From: an uncultured Halobacteria archaeon
GTDB lineage: Archaea > Halobacteriota > Syntropharchaeia > Alkanophagales > Methanospirareceae
DNA length: 17,445 nt
Direction: 5' to 3'
Assembly (NCBI GenBank): GCA_964578735.1
Contig: CAZOEM010000009.1
Coordinates: 1 to 17,445 of the forward strand
Shown: piece by piece, positions 9,320 to 15,043 of the stretch
How the letters are laid out: the number at the start of each line of letters is the position of its first letter
Position numbering within the stretch: the first letter of the stretch is position 1
Notes under the pieces: generated by a model
Databases searched by the model: none
The model's input: the letters and a program-made list of their open reading frames with translations, nothing else
Told to the model about the DNA's origin: nothing
Made by a program: the position numbers and the translations under genes

Positions 9320-10420
9320 ATGAAAACTATTTATGATTCGATGCAAAAAAAAGCGAAGAAGATATTGCCATTGGTTGTTGTTGCCGTGCTATCTGTATCG
9401 CTGGGGTGTACAGTAGCAGTGGTAGCAGATTCTAGCTGTGCCTGTCATTCCTACATGGGCGGGCCTGACATTAATGCGAATTTTGAGACATCACTGCACC
9501 ACACCGGTGCGGGGATGAAAGGCGAATATGAGCGAGGAGCGGCAGGAGAATTCGACATTAATATGACTGAGTATTATGAGCAGTGGAACTGCTCTAGCTG
9601 TCATGCCAGCACTTGCGGAGATTGTCATGGGCAGTATGGAACTGAGACCACGACGGAGGGGCATGTTGGGGTAGATCCGAGTACGGATATGTCGACCTGT
9701 GACAAGTGCCACTATCTGAAACAGACCTCGATCTTTAAGGGGGAGCTACCAGGACATACCGGGAGCAAAAAACCGATAGTAGGTGACGTAATAGATCATC
9801 CGATGGACGTCCACTATGAGGAAGGGCTAACATGCATGGACTGCCATACTGCGGAAGAGATGCACGGTACTGGTGTTGAGTACACCACAATGCTAGAAGC
9901 AGTGAATGTATCGTGTGAGGATTGCCACAACAGTCCGGGAAAGACTGTCGAGATCAAGGGCGAGAACCTCTCGGTGACACAGTATTCGAATGATATCCCG
10001 TCACACAGAATACATGATAATCTCGACTGTACAGCATGCCACACAGGATGGGCGCCCAGATGTATAAACTGCCATTTAGATACTAGGGCAGGCTGGGGAG
10101 TACAATTGGATGACTTCCATCTTGCTATTGGCGCAGATGGTGATATACAACCATTCATGAAACAGGTGACAGAATATGCTAAGCCGATAGACAATATGAC
10201 CGAGAATATGACACATACAGGATATGCTGCGTGGAAGACACATACAGTTACAAGAGAGGCAAAGAATTGTACAGCATGCCACAGGAGCTCTGAAGCGCTA
10301 TGCGAGGGTTGCGAGGGTCAACAAATACTCGGAGAAGGAGGTTCATTTATACCACAAGAGATAATAGACTGGGTTTTAGCTATACCACAAGGGATATTAG
10401 ACAGGATTTCCAAGCCATAA
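9320..10420 (+). CDS. secreted octahaem c-type cytochrome, 366 aa
   Basis: GGAGGTGA RBS lies about 10 nt upstream. The N-terminal signal/anchor is KKAKKILPLVVVAVLSVSLGC. There are eight CxxCH motifs (CSSCH, CGDCH, CDKCH, CMDCH, CEDCH, CTACH, CINCH, CTACH) plus an N-terminal CACH. Seven N-x-S/T sequons are present. Confidence 0.85.
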   Translation: MKTIYDSMQKKAKKILPLVVVAVLSVSLGCTVAVVADSSCACHSYMGGPDINANFETSLHHTGAGMKGEYERGAAGEFDINMTEYYEQWNCSSCHASTCGDCHGQYGTETTTEGHVGVDPSTDMSTCDKCHYLKQTSIFKGELPGHTGSKKPIVGDVIDHPMDVHYEEGLTCMDCHTAEEMHGTGVEYTTMLEAVNVSCEDCHNSPGKTVEIKGENLSVTQYSNDIPSHRIHDNLDCTACHTGWAPRCINCHLDTRAGWGVQLDDFHLAIGADGDIQPFMKQVTEYAKPIDNMTENMTHTGYAAWKTHTVTREAKNCTACHRSSEALCEGCEGQQILGEGGSFIPQEIIDWVLAIPQGILDRISKP

Positions 10421-10498
10421 AAAAAAAGCCAACTGAACAAACAGAACGACAGAAATGTTAGTGACACTGTATCTTGCAACGCGCAAACATTAGAAATA

Positions 10499-10542
10499 GG
10501 GGCATGGGTCCTTGAGAACAGCTTGGACCCCCATTATTTTTT
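10499..10542 (+). terminator. hairpin plus T6 run downstream of the octahaem cytochrome gene
   Basis: GGGTCC (10506-10511) pairs with GGACCC (10525-10530) across a 13-nt loop, with extra flanking G/C and AT pairs. This is followed by ATTATTTTTT (T6 at 10537-10542). Confidence 0.4.
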
Positions 10543-10666
10543 CACTGTGCTGAAGATGCAAAACAAGAAGAGAAAAATCTTGATACCCAAAGTCTTGTGT
10601 TAATCTCGTGGTATCTTGTTGTTTAAAAAATAGAAGTTTTGAGCAAGAAAGAAGAGGTGACAAAAG

Positions 10667-11686
10667 ATGAACGAAAAAGGATCGGTGGTCAAACTGGACA
10701 AGCTGGATAAAGAACTGCTACAGCAATTACAGGACAATTTCCCGGTGCAGAAGAGACCCTGGACTGATTTGGGGAAGAAACTCGGAATCTCGGAGGACGA
10801 GGTGCTATCGCGCATACAGCGGCTTTCCGCAGATGGCGTTATCCGAAAACTCCGCACGATCCTGGATGCCAAAAAGTTGAACACCTGTTCTTCCACTCTG
10901 ATGGCGATGAAAGTGCCCGAGTCGAATATGGAAGGGGTTGTCAATGTCGTTAATGAATACATGAGCGTGACTCACAACTATCGCCGTGAGCATGACTATA
11001 ATCTCTGGTTTACCGTGACAACATGCGGTAGTAAAGACTTAGGAAGCACGGTGGAAGAGATAAAAAGAAGAACCGGAATCCCGGAGCACGACATCTTAGA
11101 CCTCCCTACTACCGCTGTGTTTAAGATTGACGTCCGCTTTAAATTTACCAATGGTGGTCTAAAAGCGATGAACGGGAACACTAACGGGAACACTAACGGG
11201 AACTCTAACCTGAACAATGCGGATGCTATAAATAAGGCCATTATATACAGCACGCAGGAAAGAATACCTCTAGTTGATGAGCCATTCGCGGAAATAGCAA
11301 AGGAGACGGGGATAAGTCAGGACGAAGTGATCGCGCGGTTAAATGAGCTGATAAGTCAGGGTGTTATCAAACGACTGGGTATTTCTATCAATCAGCGAAA
11401 GATAGGCATCGTGGCTAATGCGGTAGTGGCGTGGAAGGTGCCGCAGGAACAGGTAAAACGCGTTGGGACTCTGCTGTCCGCATATAGGGAGATAACCCAC
11501 TGCTACGAACGAGTGACCGTGCCCGGGAAGTGGGAATGCAATTTGTTCACAGTAATCCACAGTTACAATCGAGAATCCGTAGAAGAAACCGCGAGAATGA
11601 TGTCAGAAGCCGTTGGCATCTTCGACTATCTGGTCATGTTCAGTAACGAACAATTTAAACGGACCAGCGTTATGCACCCATACTAA
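10667..11686 (+). CDS. ahbAB: siroheme decarboxylase, fused AhbA-AhbB (NirD/L/G/H family, Lrp/AsnC-like fold), 339 aa
   Basis: There are two homologous halves of about 160 aa. Each starts with an HTH-like segment (LDKELLQQLQDNFPVQKRPWTDLGKKLGISEDEVLSRIQRLSADGVIRK and INKAIIYSTQERIPLVDEPFAEIAKETGISQDEVIARLNELISQGVIKR). Each is followed by the conserved THNYRR / THCYER and NLWFTV / NLFTVI segments of AhbA/B. An Asn/Gly-rich linker joins the halves. Confidence 0.8.
   Translation: MNEKGSVVKLDKLDKELLQQLQDNFPVQKRPWTDLGKKLGISEDEVLSRIQRLSADGVIRKLRTILDAKKLNTCSSTLMAMKVPESNMEGVVNVVNEYMSVTHNYRREHDYNLWFTVTTCGSKDLGSTVEEIKRRTGIPEHDILDLPTTAVFKIDVRFKFTNGGLKAMNGNTNGNTNGNSNLNNADAINKAIIYSTQERIPLVDEPFAEIAKETGISQDEVIARLNELISQGVIKRLGISINQRKIGIVANAVVAWKVPQEQVKRVGTLLSAYREITHCYERVTVPGKWECNLFTVIHSYNRESVEETARMMSEAVGIFDYLVMFSNEQFKRTSVMHPY
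11171..11218. repeat. 12-nt tandem repeat encoding the (NGNT)n linker of AhbAB
   Basis: AACGGGAACACT occurs twice perfectly (11171-11194). It is followed by AACGGGAACTCT and the degenerate AACCTGAACAAT. The translation is NGNT NGNT NGNS NLNN. Confidence 0.9.
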
Positions 11687-11704
11687 TTTGACAATGTCAA
11701 ATTA
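11684..11704. repeat. perfect 21-nt palindrome overlapping the ahbAB stop codon
   Basis: TAATTTGACA-A-TGTCAAATTA has 10-nt arms and a 1-nt centre. The TAA stop (11684-11686) forms the first three bases. Confidence 0.85.
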
Positions 11705-11762
11705 ACACGATTTTCAAGGTGGACCATATAACCGCAGGGTTATCTAGGTATATAAAGTATAA

Positions 11763-11799
11763 CTTCTGCCTATTTAGGACGCAGATTTACACGGATTTA
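11763..11799. repeat. intergenic repeat element, copy A (3' side of the radical-SAM gene)
   Basis: The sequence is CTTCTGCCTAT-TTAGGACGCAGATTTACACGGATTTA. It matches copy B at 13092-13142 apart from 3 substitutions and a 13-nt insertion in B. ACGCAGA (11780-11786) recurs inverted as TCTGCGT at 11817-11823. Confidence 0.8.
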
Positions 11800-11916
11800 A
11801 GGGATATAAATTATGACTCTGCGTTCGCCAGGAATTAATTATTATAACCCTCCAACAGAAAACGAAGTTTTTGGATGTAAATTAGCTGATTGGAACCATC
11901 CAATGCTTAGCCTTAG

Positions 11917-13038
11917 CTACAATTGATTTGCACCCGAAGGGTGCTTTCTTGTTGCCCGATTTTCATGCCCCCGGTAGGGACACCACGGCTCCTCGGCTAA
12001 ATAGTCGCCTTTTAATTCCCCTGGCTCTTGTAAACCGCCGCATACGTCTACGAAGCTCGTTAAGCCATATGCTCGCGCGCGACAGCCGCCGCAAATAGCA
12101 CGATATTCGCAAGTCCCGCACTTGCCTTTCAAGTTGTCTAAGTCACGAAGCGCTTTTAGTACCGGCGAATGGTACCATATATCGCGGAAATGCGTCTCTC
12201 GTATATTACCAAGTTTTATCGGTAGGTATGGACATGGGGTGACTTCGCCAGTGGGATAAATGCGGCAATATGCGAGCCCGGCAATACAGCCTCGCTTCCA
12301 CTGCTCCAGGCTCAATCCCTTTTGCGATGCAATACGCATAAATTGCGGTGCACAAACGGGCCTGATGTCGAGTTTATATTTGCACTCTGCTATCTTATCG
12401 AGGGTCTCATCAAGCATCTGCTCATACATGTCCGCGGATATATCTTCTATCGCTTTCCCCCTGCCGGTAGGCACGAGGAAGAAGAGGTGAAAAGAGCTTG
12501 CGCCATGCTCTTCTGCCAGCGCCATGATAGAATCAATTTCCGCATAGTTCTGCTGTGTCACTGTTGTATTCACCTGAACGGCTATATCGTGCTCTATGCA
12601 CGTGTCAATCCCTTCTAATGCACGTATCCAGGAACCTTTAACGCCACGAAATGCATCATGGCGCTCGGGGACAGAGGAATCAATACTGATAGCAACTGCC
12701 GATACACCGCTGGATTTCAATTCCTTCGCAACAGGGTCTGTTATGAGTGTTCCATTAGTGCCCATAGCAACTGTCAAGCCCTTCCCTTTTGCGTAACGAG
12801 CGAGTTCAAAGACATCAGCACGTAGCAGTGGCTCGCCACCACTCAGTATGAGGATGGGTTTGCTTACTTCTACTATCTGGTCTATCAGCATCTTCCCTTC
12901 TTCCGTGCTCAACTCCCCTTTTCCCGCCCTTTCTTCTGCATCTATATAGCAATGAGGACAGCGCAGATTACATGCGAAGGTCATGTTCCAGGAGATAAGC
13001 CGCAGTTGCGGCTGTTCTTGATTCTTCTCTTTTGACAT
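11917..13038 (-). CDS. radical-SAM haem-biosynthesis enzyme of the NirJ-like AhbC/AhbD family with a C-terminal SPASM/twitch Cys cluster, 373 aa
   Basis: CNLRCPHCY is the CxxxCxxC radical-SAM cluster motif, and ILSGGEPLL is a SAM-binding GGE motif. The C-terminal auxiliary-cluster cysteines are CPYLP...KGKCGTCEYRAICGGCRARAY. The gene is adjacent and convergent to ahbAB. Sequence alone does not let me separate AhbC from AhbD. My recollection that ahbD neighbours ahbAB in Methanosarcina barkeri weakly favours AhbD. Confidence 0.8.
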   Translation of the reverse strand: MSKEKNQEQPQLRLISWNMTFACNLRCPHCYIDAEERAGKGELSTEEGKMLIDQIVEVSKPILILSGGEPLLRADVFELARYAKGKGLTVAMGTNGTLITDPVAKELKSSGVSAVAISIDSSVPERHDAFRGVKGSWIRALEGIDTCIEHDIAVQVNTTVTQQNYAEIDSIMALAEEHGASSFHLFFLVPTGRGKAIEDISADMYEQMLDETLDKIAECKYKLDIRPVCAPQFMRIASQKGLSLEQWKRGCIAGLAYCRIYPTGEVTPCPYLPIKLGNIRETHFRDIWYHSPVLKALRDLDNLKGKCGTCEYRAICGGCRARAYGLTSFVDVCGGLQEPGELKGDYLAEEPWCPYRGHENRATRKHPSGANQL

Positions 13039-13091
13039 AGGGAAACCCTCTCTGTGTACATTTATGCTTTTTTATTCTATATGTTGTATGG

Positions 13092-13142
13092 CTTCTACCT
13101 ATAAATTTAATTTAGTTTAGGACGCAGATTTAGACAGATTTA
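13092..13142. repeat. intergenic repeat element, copy B (5' side of the radical-SAM gene, in the divergent promoter region)
   Basis: The sequence is CTTCTACCTAT + aaatttaatttag + TTTAGGACGCAGATTTAGACAGATTTA, in the same orientation as copy A. ACGCAGA occurs at 13123-13129 and again at 13142-13148. CAGATTTA is repeated with about 10-nt phasing. Confidence 0.8.
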
Positions 13143-13370
13143 CGCAGAAGACTATTTCCACAAAGTATCTAATAAATTCATATAATGGTATGGCTAAATA
13201 TGATAGCATATACAAATTGTTCCCCGTTGGGGTTATCCATTTGGGTAACGAATCGGGAAAAATCGGAAAGTAGTTATTAAGTAACCAATAAAAGTTACGC
13301 TAGTGGAAAGAAGTGGCCTCTAATGGTTACTATAAAAGGTGAAACAACAAGGGGGTGAAAAGAAGAAGAA

Positions 13371-14063
13371 ATGAACAGTAGTAAATTGGTCCTTGTAGCT
13401 ATAGCGATTGTAGCAGTGGGGTTATTCGGTCTTCCGAGCAGCGTGTCGCTCTTCAGTGGGCAGCACACATGGTATGACCTAGGTGAGAGTGCGGGTAGTG
13501 ACGTTCCCTGTGAGAAGTGCCATGCGGATATAAACGATGAGATGATTGATGCAGACAATGGTATCCACGAAGCCTTAGCCGGGCCCGGATGCAACTGCCA
13601 TAGGATACCTTCTGAGGTACCCAATGTTGCTATAGGTGGTTACGGCGGTAAATCACCGGAACCAGGTACCACAGCTCACGCTGCGGAAACCATAGCTTGT
13701 ATGTTCTGTCATGAAGATGGTACAGTGTTTCCTTTCGCAGGTGGATTCAGTCAGGAGGCGGTTGAAGCAGCAGCAGGTGGTAGCACTACGCCATACACTT
13801 ATAGTAGTGGTGGCATAGGTGGAGAGCATGCAGCTCACAACCAGTTCATTGGACAGGCAATAGAGAATACGTTGATGGAAGATTCGAATGAAGCATGTAT
13901 CGCATGCCACACAAGGGTCGGTGTGGACATCCAGTGGACGAAGAATGTGGGTATGAACTTCCAGGCAAGAGAGAACGATCTCGGACTCTGGACAGTTAGC
14001 GACTTCACCGCGACAGGCCATGACCTAACGAATGTGTCTTATCCGAACGAATGGGTGACGTAA
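13371..14063 (+). CDS. small secreted multihaem c-type cytochrome, paralog 1 (3 CxxCH + 1 CxCH), 230 aa
   Basis: GGGGGTGA RBS. The leader is MNSSKLVLVAIAIVAVGLFGLPSSVSLFSGQHTWYD. Haem motifs are CEKCH, CMFCH and CIACH. CNCH aligns with the second CxxCH of paralog 2. The blocks AHAAETIACMFCHE and LMEDSNEACIACHT are shared with paralog 2. Confidence 0.8.
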   Translation: MNSSKLVLVAIAIVAVGLFGLPSSVSLFSGQHTWYDLGESAGSDVPCEKCHADINDEMIDADNGIHEALAGPGCNCHRIPSEVPNVAIGGYGGKSPEPGTTAHAAETIACMFCHEDGTVFPFAGGFSQEAVEAAAGGSTTPYTYSSGGIGGEHAAHNQFIGQAIENTLMEDSNEACIACHTRVGVDIQWTKNVGMNFQARENDLGLWTVSDFTATGHDLTNVSYPNEWVT

Positions 14064-14075
14064 ACCACAACCAAC

Positions 14076-14103
14076 TTTTTCCCTTTTTTATTTTTTGTCT
14101 TTT
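14076..14103 (+). terminator. oligo-T tract between cytochrome paralogs 1 and 2 (possible partial terminator)
   Basis: TTTTTCCCTTTTTTATTTTTTGTCTTTT begins 13 nt after the paralog-1 stop. Oligo-T tracts act as archaeal termination signals. Paralog 2 has its own GGAGGGGGGG RBS downstream. Confidence 0.4.
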
Positions 14104-14142
14104 GGATAGATAAAGTAGGAGGGGGGGCAAAGATAAGAAGAA

Positions 14143-14793
14143 ATGATCGGCAGTAAAATGGTTCTGATGCTGATAGCAGTAGTTGCAATAGGTATCTTCG
14201 CTCTTCCGAGCACGATGTCCATGTTCGGTGGGCAGCATACCTGGTATGACATTGCAAGTGACGGTGTACCATGTGTGAAGTGCCATGCCGATACATATGA
14301 AGAGTTCTCTCGGTCTGAGGTTCACTCATCATTTGCACGTAGAGACGCAAGTGATGCTTGTTATGCGTGTCATAGGGCGGACCCACATCTAACCTATGCA
14401 ACGGGTGGCGGCAGTAGTGCAACTCCAGCAGCACATGCCGCCTCCACAATTGCATGTATGGCATGTCATGAGTTCAATGCACATGTACGTGACAATAACG
14501 AAGGACCATTTGCTCATGGGTTTGAACAGCCCAGTGGCTCGCCGTTTTCCTATGGTGGCGTAGGGAGTCCACCACAAGGTAGCTTTATTCGCGATGGTAA
14601 TCATACACGACATAATGCATACGTTCAGGGTGCGGTAGATAGTGATTTGATGGAAGACTCAAACGAGGCATGCATTGCCTGTCACACAACCATACCAGTG
14701 GAAATAGACGGGGACATCGGGTACGCGATGCACTCGCAATCGGTCGCTGACCGTTTAGGCGATTGGACCGTTGGACCAGACAGTTCAAAATAG
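14143..14793 (+). CDS. small secreted tetrahaem c-type cytochrome, paralog 2, 216 aa
   Basis: The leader is MIGSKMVLMLIAVVAIGIFALPSTMSMFGGQHTWYD, in the same register as paralog 1. Haem motifs are CVKCH, CYACH, CMACH and CIACH. The 5' leader and first 36 codons are also similar to paralog 1 at the nucleotide level. Confidence 0.8.
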   Translation: MIGSKMVLMLIAVVAIGIFALPSTMSMFGGQHTWYDIASDGVPCVKCHADTYEEFSRSEVHSSFARRDASDACYACHRADPHLTYATGGGSSATPAAHAASTIACMACHEFNAHVRDNNEGPFAHGFEQPSGSPFSYGGVGSPPQGSFIRDGNHTRHNAYVQGAVDSDLMEDSNEACIACHTTIPVEIDGDIGYAMHSQSVADRLGDWTVGPDSSK

Positions 14794-15043
14794 TTTATCA
14801 ATCGTGATTATTAAGTTTTTAGGGGTTCATACATAGAATCGAAATTAAATGTTCCGTATCACTGTCCGTACCGAGCGTACAGAGGGAAGAAAGTCGTCAT
14901 AGTGACGATTGGTTGCTGCCACCGTGGAGCCAATCCTGATTCCGGCGCCTGAGTGAGGGGTTGTAGCGGTCCATCCAGGGAACAAAACAAAACAACAAAT
15001 ATTTATACACATAATACATAGCTAAGTTAAGAAAGGGGAAACA

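Noticed and set aside
9158-12796. Shadow ORFs across the octahaem cytochrome, ahbAB and the radical-SAM gene (9158-9346, 9491-9712, 9814-10194, 10076-10282, 10600-10962, 10805-10993, 10996-11253, 11339-11560, 12260-12490, 12322-12618, 12596-12796)
   Set aside because: They overlap well-supported coding regions, and their Cys/His/Ser-rich compositions are mirror images of the real frames. ORF 10600-10962 would also cross the ahbAB start and RBS.
14893-14960. Possible C/D-box sRNA (TGACGA resembling a C box, two CTGA D-box-like motifs)
   Set aside because: The C-box match is imperfect. The spacing between the putative boxes (29 nt and 9 nt) does not fit the archaeal C-D'-C'-D layout with about 12-nt guides. 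It is retained only as an unspecified structured region in the findings.
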